NCBI GenBank assembly: GCA_023920165.1
Contig: CP089280.1
Coordinates: forward strand, 2,294,001-2,358,000
Direction: 5' to 3'
Length of the DNA: 64,000 bases
Source of the DNA: Curvularia clavata
Taxonomy: Eukaryota
The translations under genes were made by a program, and so were the position numbers. Positions 1 through 12,899 of the stretch are shown here, piece by piece (the first letter of the stretch is position 1; the number at the start of each line of letters is the position of its first letter). The notes under the pieces were generated by a model. The model did no database searches and was not told the DNA's origin. It worked only from the letters and a program-made list of their open reading frames with translations.

Positions 1-799
1 GGAAGGCAACCAGGCAAATGTCTTACCTACACGTCACAAGGACAAGAAAATTCGTCAACCGTGCGTGCATCCAAGTACCATTGCATAGAGATCGCCAGGA
101 ACCAGGGTTGACCAGAAGCAGGGCAGGCAGAGTCCTAGTTTTCATTCCTTATCAACAGCGTAGCTGAAGAGCAAACGTACAGCTGACCGCATATGATTAC
201 CCAGGGGCGTGCATTTGTCGTCAGAGGTTTTGGTCAAGGCGTCCGCAATGGCTTCTAGCACCGGTCAGCGAAAGGCTTGGGAGGCTGTCTCATCACCAGG
301 AACGGGCGGCGCGGCGTGCACACGGATGACCTTGTGGCTAGGTTCGTCTCCTAAAGCCGTTGGTTTGCTTTGAGATTGTTGATATGGGTGGTGGTGCGGG
401 TACGCTGTGTTGTCGCGCGCTAGACAAAATTCGATCATCGTCCCCTTTATCATGCGTTGCGTAATTTGGCAGTGCTTGTGGTACGATCGGATATGATGGA
501 AGTGCGGTAGAGTCGTGAAGCCAGTTAGCAGCACAGAGACGACGTTCGCTCAAGAGTCATTTAAAGTGGTTTTTCTACCAGGAGCGTGCATGTGGGGAAA
601 ATACCCGATGTCATGTCGGATACTACCGGTTGGAGACTTCGGGGAAATGGTGGGGGAAAGCGCGGCCGAGGTGATCGCCAGGAACCCAAAAAAAAACACT
701 CCACCTTAAGATAGACACGAAACTCCCCGAGCCACTACTGCGATAAAAGAAGGCCATCTCCAGCGCAAAAATCGTCACGTATACCAACAATTCAGCGCA

Positions 800-2987
800 A
801 TGAACGGCACCAAAGTCACCAATGGCACATCGTCGGCGTCCAAGCTGCTATGGAGGCATCCCTCCCCACACTCCACACCCATGTACAAGTTCCTCGAGTC
901 AGTGAATAAAGCGCATCATCTTCAACTCTCCGACTATACACAACTACACAAATGGAGCATCGAGAACATCGATGCCTTCTGGAAAAGCACCTGGGATTGC
1001 GTCGGTGTCCGACACACTGGAACGCCATCATCAGTCAGTCGCTGCGGCCCTGTGTGTACACCGAACTTCTACTTACCAATGCCCAGGCGGTCGATTCAAA
1101 TGCTTCCATGTTTCCACGCCCAGCCTTCTTCGCGGGAGCAACCCTTAATTTCGCCGAGAACCTGCTCTTCCCTACCCAAGAAGTCGATCCTGAATCGCCC
1201 GCCGTCATCGCTGCGACTGAGACTACGCGGGAGATCGTGACATGGAAGGAACTGAGACACAGGGTGAAGCTATGCCAGGCAGGCATGTTATCCCTAGGCT
1301 TGAAAGCGGGCGACCGAGTTGCAGGTTACGTCGCGAACCACACCAATGCGCTGGTTGCCATGCTTGCAGCGACATCACTGGGGGCCGTCTGGACCGCTGT
1401 CAGTCCAGATACAGGTGTACACGCTGTGTTGGACAGACTGCGTCAGATAGAACCCGCTCTACTCTTCGTAGACAACGCTGCCTTCTATAATGGTCGAAGC
1501 CATCCAGTCCTGCCAAAGGTTGTGGAAATCACTCGGGAACTTACAACCCTCCAGGCTGTCGTTGTTTTCCCAACGGTTGCATCTGTTTCGTTCGATGTCA
1601 GCTCAATACCTGTTGCGTCTGGAAAGAAGTACGACTACGCCACTTTCACGTCGCTCAAGGCAACATCAGTACTTGAGTTCACCCAATTGCCGCCAGACCA
1701 CCCAGTCTACATACTCTACTCGAGTGGCACGACCGGCGCGCCCAAATGCATCGTGCATGGAGCCATTGGTACATTACTTCAGCATAAGAAGGAGCATATA
1801 CTCCATTGTTCCATTACACCCAAATCACGACTCTTTTACTTCACGACTTGCACCTGGATGATGTGGCATTGGCTCGTTAGCGGATTAGCATCTGGCGCCA
1901 CATTGGTTCTCTACGATGGGTCGCCATTCCGTTATGTGGACGAATCCGATCCATCAACGTCTGTTCCAGATGATCTCGCCATGCACCGACTCATAGACGA
2001 GTTCGGCATCACACACTTTGGCACCTCTGCCAAATATCTCTCCATCCTGGAGCAAAAGTCTGTCGATCCAGCCGCTGCTGGCCTTGCTCTCGAAAGGCTC
2101 GAAGCAGTTTACTCAACCGGCTCCCCACTTGCTCCGTCGACATTTTCCTACGTCTACTCAGCGTTTCCGTCATCCATCAACCTCGGAAGCATTACCGGAG
2201 GCACGGACATTATTTCGCTCTTCGGCGCGCCGAACCCGCTGCTACCCGTCTATCAGGGCGAAATTCAGGGTCCTGGTCTTGGCATGGCAATTGCCGCGTA
2301 CGACTTTACAGGTGCTGACATCTCGTCGTCAGGAGAGCCAGGTGACTTGGTCTGCACCAAGCCATTTATCTGCCAGCCAGTGGCTTTCTGGGGCCCTGAT
2401 GGCGAGTCCAAGTACCGAAAGTCGTACTTTGACAAGTTTACAAATGAGAAGAAGCAACCGATCTGGCACCATGGCGATTTTGTGCGCTTTAACCCAGAGA
2501 CAGGCGGACTGTGGATGCTGGGCCGTAGCGATGGTATCCTCAAGCCTGCGGGCGTGCGCTTTGGATCCGCAGAGATATATAACGTCGTGCTCCAGCATTT
2601 CCCAGAAGACGTGTCTGATGCATTGTGCATTGGTCGGCGAAGAGAAACCGATACCGATGAAACCGTAGTGCTGTTTCTCAAGATGGCAGAAGGCCGCCAA
2701 ATCTCACCTGATTTGGTGGGAAGGATAAAGTTGACGATTAAGAACTCGCTCAGCGCCCGCCATGTGCCTGCTATTGTGGAAGAGTGTCCGGAGATTCCTG
2801 TCACGACTAATGGCAAGAAGTAAGTCATCAGCTTTTCTTAAAGGTTGTATGTATCAGTTGCTAACGCAAGATTAGGGTCGAAGGAGCAGTCAAGCAGATC
2901 CTCTGCGGAATGAACGTCAAGACGAGTGCCAGCGTCGCTAATGCTGAATGCTTGGACTGGTACCGAGAATGGGCAAGTACGCATTGA
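800..2987 (+). CDS. Acetoacetyl-CoA synthetase (acetoacetate-CoA ligase, ANL adenylate-forming family)
   Basis: Exons 800-1033, 1087-2819, 2876-2987 (introns gtcagt..cccag, gtaagt..ctaac..attag). AMP-binding motif YILYSSGTTGAPKCIVH, FTTCTWMMWHW, SITGGTDI, GRSDGILKPAGVRFGSAEIY and terminal TTNGKKVE are typical of AACS. Confidence 0.92.
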
Positions 2988-3408
2988 GTTTCGTTTTACA
3001 TTTGTGCTATCAAACTAGCCTTTTTTCGGCGTTTTATTTTTTTTCTTCTTCTAGATCTTCGTAGAGCGAGGAGCACCAGGGTCGCTGGGCGCGTGTATGC
3101 GGCGTTTTCTCTCGAGGAGAAGGCGTTCCTCGAGCCTTCGCGTGGCTGAGACACGGTCAGGGGTCTACCCCCACGGCCAGTCATGTTTAGATTTATCGGT
3201 AGATGTGATAGGAGTCGCCTCGAAAGCTTAATTAGACGACGCAGCATGGAATGAGAAGGTGTTGTGCATTGGGCCAGCCAATGTGCCTCATGGGCTGTCA
3301 ACACGTGCTCTCGCTTTCTCGTCCTTCTCTTCATTCCTCCTCTTTCCTTTCCTTTCTTTTTTTCATAGTCACCCCTTGCACCATTCCATGCCAAACAATT
3401 CTCTCTCT

Positions 3409-3863
3409 TCACAAATCGCCATACCCCTCATTCCCCTCTCTAAACACGATTTCTCTCACCACCCGGTCCACCTTCTCACTCAGCCCAATAATGACATTCT
3501 GGCCCCACATAACTTCCTTCGCAACGACAACCTTGAACTTTCCAGGTGCACTGTGTATGCATACGATGGCTTTATGGCCAAGCTCACTGTTGTCCGGGCC
3601 CCGTCGGTCAATGATGCTGATGGAGACTTGTGACGGAAGTACTTTGTAGCCTGCTGTGTACTTGACGAGGAAAGCAATGTTGCCTGTGGGGTTGAAGTCA
3701 GATCTCCTCTTTTACTCTTGCTTTCCGCCTCTTTCTTGAAATCGCATCAGGGTAAAAGCGCACCAGCAATGGTCTCAATAACGTGGATGGGAAGTTCGCC
3801 GCGTCGGGGGTTGATGTGCGAGAAGATTTGTTGGTGGACGGGATCGGGAAAGACGTTTTCCAT
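3409..3863 (-). CDS. Small hypothetical protein, 124 aa (not in ORF track)
   Basis: ATG at 3863; intron 3684-3763 (GTGCGC..CTGAC..CACAG). The splice gives an open frame MENVFPDPVHQQIFSHINPRRGELPIHVIETIAGNIAFLVKYTAGYKVLPSQVSISIIDRRGPDNSELGHKAIVCIHSAPGKFKVVVAKEVMWGQNVIIGLSEKVDRVVREIVFREGNEGYGDL* (100+275 = 375 nt). Confidence 0.7.
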
Positions 3864-4408
3864 GTTGAGGCTAGGACAAAGACTGAGGCTGTTCATTTAC
3901 AAAATAAATGTATTGGATAAACAAGAAGAGAAAAAAGGGTTCCGGGAAACAGATGTATTTAGTTGTGGGTAATACGATAGGAGCATGTTCTTTGGGGTGA
4001 TTTATGCGGTCTGTGCTCGCCTCACACCAGTTAGACTTGACCACGTCTTCTGCTAATGGGCCGTCCACGACAACTTGTAGTCTCCACTTTTGGAAGCCTC
4101 GTTCTGAAACCCACCGACATTTGGTTGTGTTGTCGTGTGCTTATGGTGGCAGCGGTGGTCTAGATCCGTAACAGGCTGGACATTGGTAGCTTCATCGGAT
4201 AACCAGTGCAATGCGGTGTGCCCACTCAGGGACCATATCTATCGAAAAATAGATTTCCTAAAGTCGTGTTCATACAATGAAATGAAGCTTCCAGTCATCC
4301 GACAAATGACGTCCATGCAAAATATATATAGACAGTACCGAAAATATCGCATTCCTAGCTCACACACGGCGACCAGAAGGCAGCGTAATGGTGCATCTAC
4401 AACTCATG

Positions 4409-6255
4409 TCACCTCCCTTCTTTAATTTTAACAGCATCTGCAAACATGGGAAAAGTGCCTCTGAAACTAGGGCCCAGGGTCCAGTTGTTTAGGTCACGGA
4501 GATGGGTCTCAAAAGCCGGATTGATGAGCCATTGATCATCTTCCTTGGGCAACTGATCCATGGTTGGTATGCAAGCAGCTGCGTTCCCAGTAAGCGGCTG
4601 GGGTGTAGCGGGTCCCTGCGGTGAGCCAGCGTTCACATGTGTGGAGAAGGGCGAGGAAGCTGCAATGGACGAGGAAGTTGTGGACAAAGTCGAAGTCCGG
4701 ACTACTGAAGCCGGGAGGAGGCAATCGCGGTGTTCATAGGGCCAGTTGAGTGAGATGGTAGTGGTGAATGGGATGAAAAAGTTCTCAAACGACACTGGAG
4801 GGTTCGAGGCAATGAGCTTGTCACGGAGCCGGGGCCTGAGGCGCATTAGTCATGTGAGCGTGGGGGCAAATGTAAGAACATGGGGGGCGTAAAAGCAATT
4901 AGGGTAAGTGGAGAAGCAGACATACCATGGGAGATGATCGATCCACAGTGCATGAGCGGTAAACAGCTGGGATGGGCGCGGAGTAGCCCAATGGGGCAGG
5001 CGGTCATAGTTCTCTTGGGTGGGCTCAATCTGCCAACGCATGATCAGAAACATGATGAAGACAATGGCCACCTGCTCAGGGCGGCCACATATGTCGGGGA
5101 AGGTGCGCAGAATATCTGTAAAGAGCTTGGAGAGCGGGTGGGCCTCGACTTGACGATCAGGATAGGCGAGCGAGGTGAAATTGGGATAGTGAGGACCGAC
5201 AAGGGTCTTGATGGGCACGCCCTCAGCGGCGCGGTTCTGGCGATCCTGGAGGAAATCAAGCAGGATGACATCAAGCGGACAGGTAGCGGGCAGATTGCGA
5301 GGGAGCGTCAGGTGGGCAACCATGTTGGGAGCATACTGGGCGTGCTGGCTTGTGCTGACATTGCTGGGCCGCAGCTGGTGCGGAGGAGGCAGATTGGGGT
5401 CAACCGCCCTGCGCTGGCCGTTGTCGAGCAGGAAGTCGACGCCCAGACGCTCGTCAAAGGGCATGTCGGTATGGATATAGGGCGTGCGCGTCTGCTGAAA
5501 CTGAGGGCCAGGGCTGCCGCTTGAGTAGCGGCGCAGATGGCTGGTGGGCGCATCGTTGGGGTAGAGCCATGAGCCAGAAGAGGCTGCGCCGGAACCTGTA
5601 CCTACACCTCCATCATGAACACTGGGTGAATGTACGCCGTTCTGGGGCGAGACTGAAGCAGCGACAGCATGGAGTTGGCGCGGGTCGGCAGGTTGGGTAG
5701 GCGCGTCACGCTGTTGTGGATGTTGGTGGTGTTGGTGGTGGACAGGAGGAAGAGGCGAGCGTTCGGCAGCGGCTGCCAGTTCTGGGGTCGTCAGCGGTCG
5801 TTGCTTCCTTTTTTGCAAGTATATACACTTGGTGTACATGTACATGGATATGCGTGTATTTAGGTATACATACCGTTCAACCCCCCGGTCGCCCGCACAA
5901 TGGGCTGGATAATGCTCAGCACGCTCTCGAGGCGCTTCTTGATGTCGGCATTCTCGGCCTGGATGGCCTCCTTTTCGCGCAGGACGACCTGGAGGTCATT
6001 GTAGGGCTGCTGGCTCTCGAGGTCGCGGATCCGCTGGTTGAGGGCATCGATCTGATTCTTTGTGCGCTCGCGGATGGCGCGCTGGGCCTCGCGATCGTTT
6101 GCGCGCTTACGGGCGAGCTGTTCGGGGGTGAGGTTGGCGACGCCACGCGAGTTGGCCCCGGTTCTGCGCTTTTTGCTGGGCTGTCCGTCGCCCGCGCCCG
6201 CGCCCTCGTCCCTGGGCGTCGCTTCGGGAGTGTCTGCCTCGGCCGCAGACGCCAT
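4409..6255 (-). CDS. bZIP transcription factor with C-terminal DUF3425-type domain
   Basis: Basic region LARKRANDREAQRAIRERTK followed by a leucine zipper. Introns 5782-5873 and 4836-4925 join three ORF pieces. C-terminal HALWIDHLPWPRLRDKL..LNWPY..FETHLRDLNNWTLGPSF matches the DUF3425 pattern. An alternative in-frame ATG lies at 6264. Confidence 0.85.
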
Positions 6256-6566
6256 GCTGACCATAGATGCGTGCGTGTGGGATGCGATTCAGGAGTGATT
6301 TGGGCAATTCCTACTCCGAGTCATGAGCCTGCACAGCGGCGCTCGGGCCTGCAAAAGAGTGGGGCCCGCGAAATGCGGGGCCCGCCTCTCCATCCATGCA
6401 TTCATCATTCCATCCCATCACCCTTCAGCCTAGCATCTGCACCCACCTCCCACAGCCGAGGGACACGGCTGTCCCGGAAAATGCTCCCCGCTCCCTTTCC
6501 CCAGATATTCGTCATGCATCCGCCCGGGTGCTCGTCATTCCTACCGGTCAATACATTCTCAACACC

Positions 6567-7768
6567 ATGGCCGACCAGCACGTGAGTAGACTGCGGATCG
6601 CTTCGGCTGCCCTGAAAGCCAGTATGGATCCCCATGCTTTTCCCCACATTACTATCCACTCCAGTATCTAACATACGCATATAGTCGGTGCTGCTCTGCA
6701 ACGCTCCGTGACCTCTCCGTTCAAAGGCGAGAATGGCGCCAACACATACTACAAAGACATTGTCTTTGCTGCCATGCGCGCGAACCTTGGCAGCCTGGAT
6801 GTTGCCCATGACCGTTACCTGAACGGAGCGTCGACAACGGCTAATTACATTCAGTACGCCAAGGAACACAAGTTTGTGCCTAACAGTATCACTTTGCCCA
6901 ACGGGACACAGGCCCATTGGCTGGGTACTAGCGATGCGGCAAAGACATTGGTATACTTTCATGGTACGATAGAATCAGTGATTCACACACAACTAGGCTT
7001 TGATGACTGACCATTTCAGGTGGCGGTTATGTCTTGCCCTGTGGACCTCGCCACATACTATGGCTTGACGACATGCAAAAGTCGCTTGGTCCCGATGTGT
7101 CCATACTTTTTCTCGCATATGATGTTGCGCCAGAAGCAAAATACCCAACTCAGCTGAAACAAGCCGTCGAACTTCTCCATTACTTAGTACACACCCAAGC
7201 TCGCAGTCCCTCGGATCTCATTCTGGGCGGCGACTCCGCTGGTGGTAACCTTATTCTGGGCGTCCTTGCGCATCTCGCGCATCCCCATCCTGATATAACA
7301 CCACTCTCGCTTCCTGCCAAATTCCACGGCGCTTTGCTTATATCCCCATGGTGCTCCTTGACTCGAACAAATACGCCGACTTTCATCACAAACGCCCAAC
7401 GTGACATACTCAACGCTCAAGTCCTTTCCAGATGGGCCACCGCATTCCTTGGCTCCGACTCTCCCTTTGCTGGGGACTTTTACAGTGAACCTGTCTTAGC
7501 ATCCTCCGAGTGGTGGGAACCGATTGCCAATTTGGTTGAAGAGGTTTTGATCTGGATAGGTGACAATGAGGTCCTGAGAGATGGTATCGAGGCATGGGCA
7601 GCAAAGTTCTCAAAAGGATTCGGTAGCAAGGGAGGCCGTGTGAGTATCGTGAACACCCCCAAAGCGGCCCATGAGGAAATGATATTGGAAAGAGTGGTAG
7701 GGTATCACGGCGATTCAGGAACCGGTAGCCAGCAGGTTGTGGAACACTGGGTTAAAGCTAAGCTCTAA
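6567..7768 (+). CDS. Alpha/beta hydrolase, HSL family (abhydrolase_3) esterase; PTS1-like C-terminus AKL
   Basis: Introns 6622-6684 and 6964-7019. The second splice restores the YFHGGGY oxyanion motif. Nucleophile GDSAGG, late E-V-L-R-D and H-E-E motifs; ends VKAKL*. Confidence 0.88.
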
Positions 7769-9546
7769 TTCAGGTGTGAGTCTTTACAAAGACATTGAAT
7801 CTGATCCATCATCTCAGGCGCTCATCTTCCATTCCTTCATTTCCATTTGCTCTATCGGGTCACGTGATAGAGTACTTCACCGCGGGACGAATTGTCAAGA
7901 TATTTGGGTCCCAATGGAACTTTCGGCCTGCAATCGCTTTACACTATTGCTACTAAAATCAGGTTAAGAAAGTCATGGACCTCCCTGACGATTGCGGAGA
8001 GGATGGCTAGTTTCGACCAAGTGAGTTCGCATTCTGATACAAAGACGTTTCGTCGCTGATTTGAACGAAGGTCAAACCAGGCAGCAATTTCGTTACACAA
8101 TTTTGTGAATCTAGGCAAGCTAGAATTGGGTGGGAATCAAGCTGCTATCGAAGTATCGACTTAGTAGTGGACAGAAATTTGGATGACCGAATCTAGTGAC
8201 TATGTGTTTTGGTTTTTGTCAGTGTTATCATAGAAAGAGGCATCTCCAGTAAGTATCGTGCATTCGATCTCTGCAGATTATGGTCAGCAATTGAACACCC
8301 TGCGACGAATAGTCGGTTTAACCGTTTTGCAGAGCTACCACCGGCTGTTTTCAACTTTATTGCATCAGTAACTGAGTTAAAATCTTAGTTCTGGAAGCTT
8401 CATGCGGGATCCAGGCTAAACTTTCCACCCACCAGGACGGCACGATCCACCCGGATTCTGTGCTAAAATGGTTCCATCGACCCCCGCCTCGTTCTAGTTC
8501 ATGGCTGAGTTGCCTCTTTCAGCCCCTGCAGGAACGGTGCTTTCTAACTCGAACCAGCTAGGAAATGGTTTGCGCCATGAATCACACGTTTGCAGCTCTG
8601 TGAAGTTCTCTCCATAACGCTCCACTGTATGAGTGAAAACGGCACGCTCTGACTCTCTCTTCGAAGTCATTCAGATATCTTGGGTTGACGTCAAAGTGAA
8701 CTCCTCCTATACAGAGAATACCTACACTGGTCTCCGAGGATATCTCACGTTGAATCATTAATCAACATAAACAACGAGAGTAACTCTATTTGGAACCTCC
8801 CCTGCATCTGGAATTGAAGATCTGATTAAGATGTTCGACTTAGCTCTAGTCCTCAATCCTTGGTATCATTTGAACTTTTCCTTCGGTGCCACAAGTTTGT
8901 TTTATCTAAAGAGAACTACAGTACAAAATCCCTTATCGTCAGGCACAACACATTCTACACCCGCACAGTTGGTATCACCGGCCACTGTTGTAGTCGAGAA
9001 AAGTCTTTCGAGTGGCGAGAGGAAATCTGCTAAGCGGTCTGGTGGGCTGATCCGATAACAGCTTGATTCCTCATAATGCAAGGAAGGTTTCGGAACGTTT
9101 TGACAGGACATCCGCCGACCAATGGTCGCTCGGATAGCCGGGATCAGAGACGATCATCGTTTGTATCGCTCCGAAGAATCCTAGTAAATAAGCCTCATTG
9201 CTGCTACCTTGCACCAGTGTTCTAGGGGTAAGATGACAGTTGCGTTTGATGGATTTAGGAAACCCTGATGCCCAAAAGGCGATGCCGAGATTGCAAATAC
9301 AGAAAGGAGTAGAACAGAAAAGAAAAAGAAAAATCGAATGATCTTACATGCTTATGATAGGCCCTAGGGAACTTTGCGTCAAGCGTCCCTATGCCCTGCC
9401 ACGCGTTAGGTTTCCCCGCATTTCCCTCTTGGGATGCGGATCTTAGCCCGCGCGGGGTGTGCATATCAGCAACGCACTTGGCTCCTTGCATCAGTCAGAC
9501 CTCTCTTACTTTTCCCTCTTTCTGCCGGACAATCCGGGTTGTGACC

Positions 9547-12395
9547 ATGAACTTCGTTGACGTGCAGCCAAAGTCATTTCTCGACTATGCGTGGACATCA
9601 CCATCACCTACTGTGGCGACTGCGCCCAAACCTTCAAAAACGAGCCGAAAACAGAATAGATGCTGTGATCAATGTCGAAAGGGGAAAAGGGCGTGCGATG
9701 CCGCCATACTCGAGGACACTTTACTGGAAACAAGCAAGACTGGTTCTAGTCCTACAGTATTCCACTACAGTGGTAAGTCGCGTCTTTACACAAGCAATTT
9801 TATGGATCGACTGACTTTCTAGATGTCTATGGACCGCTAGCTTCATGTAGCAACTGTGAAAAGACGAAAAAGGCTTGCACATTTGAATGGCTTCGTTCTC
9901 AGCGTGTGCTACAAGCCTCACAACCGCAGATGACAAATGCGCCGTTACCCAAACGACGTCGAACCAGGAGCAGTTCTACTAGCAAAGCACAAAAGGCGGA
10001 CACGTCTTGTCCTTCTTCAGCCAAAACAATACGAACAGACCCAGCAATCAGCAACTGTGACGAGAACCATTTCAACACCACGCCACCCGAGCTGGGAGTC
10101 ACATTCGGCGACTTTGCTTGCGGAACATCTATGTTTGCTGTAGACCCTGCCGCAAATTTCTTCGGTGGAACAGTATCAAATGCGGAAAGCGAGGAAAATG
10201 AAATTCTTCTCGAACAACTAGCGGTGTTGTCTGAGGAGGATTCTAACCTTCTTGTTTGCGATTCAGGCAAAGGTTCGTCGCTAAGGACGTCGTCAGTCAT
10301 AAGCGATAAACCCGATGACAGTCCAAAAACAGAACATGAGGCCAACGAAGTGGCTGAGACCAACTCGATGAACAATATAGCACCAATTGTAGGCGGCAAT
10401 CGAAAAAGGCGGCGGCGCAGCTTCTCAGCAACGCCTCCATACGGTGCGCCTCCTTACCCAGCAATATTGAATGGGAGCAACATCTTCTCATCTAGTGGCA
10501 ATGCCTACTTGTCTGAAAACTTACTGAGAATCTACCATGATAGTTTCGAAAACGCACTCGCATGTTGGGTAACAGAAAGGACATGTCCGTACAGCGCAAG
10601 GTCCAACGATCTTCTTTCCACAAACGCTAGGCCTGATTGGAAAAGCATTTACCACCGCGTGATACGCCTTGACAGACTGGCAATGACGATCAGAGGGCGA
10701 AGACTTACACAAATAGAAGACCAAGCGGCATCAAAAGCTTTGGACCTTGCTGTACTCGCTTTCGCTTCACAATGGGCGCAATCTGGACAGAGAGGCCGGA
10801 CAAGATACCCGTTCCATAGCACTGCCACCAATGGCGACGGCGGTGTTTTTGAGGGCCAGGGAGAGGATCATAGGTCGACAGGCCTCGAATTCGACCGTAC
10901 TCTTCAGATCACAGCATGGCACAATGCTCGCAACGCATTGCAGAAAGCGAGTGAAATCGAGTCTTTCCGAGTGGTGCTTGCACAGATGATATTTGCGTTG
11001 ACACAAAAGCCTGCAGAAGCGATCATGACGCCCATGACAGCGCTCGATAATGTCAACACGCCAGAAGCGATGAGCTCGACAAACAGCACCGAATACATTC
11101 AAGCTTCCCCGACTATCTCGATCGACACAGACATGGATGAGTGCACAGATCTGATGTCGAGGTTAGATCTCGCAATCGAGGCTGACGGTCCTCCTTTGCA
11201 TCTCGAATCAGGCCTTCGACTTATACATTCATTGCGATCACGCATGACCGTGTGTAGACAGAAACGCCCAAGCAAACCTGAGCCTACGTACCACGGACAA
11301 CAACGGCATGTACCAAAGCTGCGTCTTGAGGAAGCAGATCGCGCAACAGTCGACTTGCTATTCTGGCTTGGTGTCACGTTTGACACATTATCGGCGGCAA
11401 TGCACAAGCGACCGTTGGTAGTATCTGATGAAGACAGCGATGTTGTCCTAAACGAGAGCATGCAAACGTACAGCACAGCAGACGCAAAGACACCATCGGC
11501 TTCGAAACCTGCGAACAGCGGCCTCTGGGATGGATACTTGTTTACTCGTCAACAAGATTCGAGACGAGAACCAACCAGATGGCCGTGCTCATTCGATCAA
11601 GCGGCGACTGCGCTCTGCGATGCTGCTCCAGTCAAGGTGTTGCTTTTCCGAAGAGTATGTCGCATCCAGACGCTTTTGACAAGAAACACACGAGGCGTGA
11701 GAGTCGAAGAGGCCGTGCATGCTGCGCTAGATGTGTGCAACCATTGGGATGCACTTTACGCACCCTTTGTCAGGGACTGCATCCAACATCATAAAAGTCT
11801 CCCTCCTCGTATCCAGTCATGGTATGTCTGCGTTACTGGCCACTGGCACCTAGCCACGCTTCTTCTAGCAGACCTTCTCGAAGTTGTGGATGAATCCGAA
11901 CTGGGTCTCAAGGACGCAACAGAGCATCGAAACTCAATCGGGTTCATCGCCAGATTCCGAGAGAATAACTGCAGGGTCTTATCAGACCTTGCAAACTGCG
12001 CGTGTCCACAGAATGACCCGTCGTTGCCGCAACCCCGCGAACTCAACTTCGCAACTATCGAGGGCGCATTGTTGACAGACCCATGGACTGCAGTCTTGAT
12101 TCGTGCGTTCGCCAAGGCAGGCGTACTGCTACTAGAATCCGAGACACTCTTGCCATCTGAAATGGATCAAGAAGATGCGTTCCGGCGGGCAGATGACTGC
12201 ATCAAGGCCCTATGGTTCTTGGGCAAGAAATCTGACATGGCTCTCTCGGCAGCAAGGATTCTGGGAGATGCATTGAAGCAACGGCGTAAGAGTGCGCAGG
12301 ATCGGATCAGTGACATGACCGCTTTCCTCGCGAGCCAGCCATGGCACGATCTTGATGGGCTTAACGGGGCGTTTGATGTAGACTGTGAACTATAG
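9547..12395 (+). CDS. alcR: Zn2Cys6 transcription factor, AlcR (ethanol regulon activator)-like
   Basis: Intron 9773-9822 splits the zinc cluster RKQNRCCDQCRKGKRAC-(33 aa)-CSNCEKTKKACTFEWL, recalled as closely resembling A. nidulans AlcR (RRQNHSCDPCRKGKRRC...CSNC...CTFNWL). Downstream IYHDSFENALACWVTERTCPY, DAAPVKVLLFR and LPPRIQSWY blocks also resemble AlcR. Confidence 0.75.
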
Positions 12396-12899
12396 CTTCT
12401 GTACATGTATTACGATTGTCTACGTATTTGATTGTTGCTTGTCGTAACATCAAGACAGAAAAGCGTGTGAAAAAAGAAATAATAGTCGTTGCTGGAGATG
12501 TACAATATTTAAGATGTCTGTTAGATAGCTGTTCGTAACACGAAGTAGCACTGAATCGACCATTAAAGCGAGTACATATCATTTACAACGTCAAATCTCA
12601 ATAAGATGGCTGTTGTTTCATACAGTTACACTTGATACTTGGAGTAGGTAACGCACGGATCTGTCACACGTGACTTCGCGTTGAGGAGCGCGACAGGTTT
12701 CAGGATCGCGGCACCACTTGGACCTCCACCTACCATGGTACCATACCCATCATAGTTGGCGCTAAACATCAATGACTTGTTGGATATCTTGATCAACCAT
12801 TTCAAGGACCCTCTGTGGAGCCTACACGAGTCTAAATTATCACGCGAAGACACATAAGGGTTGTCGAGTGGAACATCCGTGCCTTGCCGGCTGCACATC

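Noticed and set aside
3251..3649. Plus-strand ORFs of 124-132 aa
   Set aside because: Shadows of the spliced minus-strand gene at 3409-3863.
5716..6585. 289-aa plus-strand ORF (and 4880-5524) opposite the bZIP gene
   Set aside because: Antisense shadows of a GC-rich coding region.
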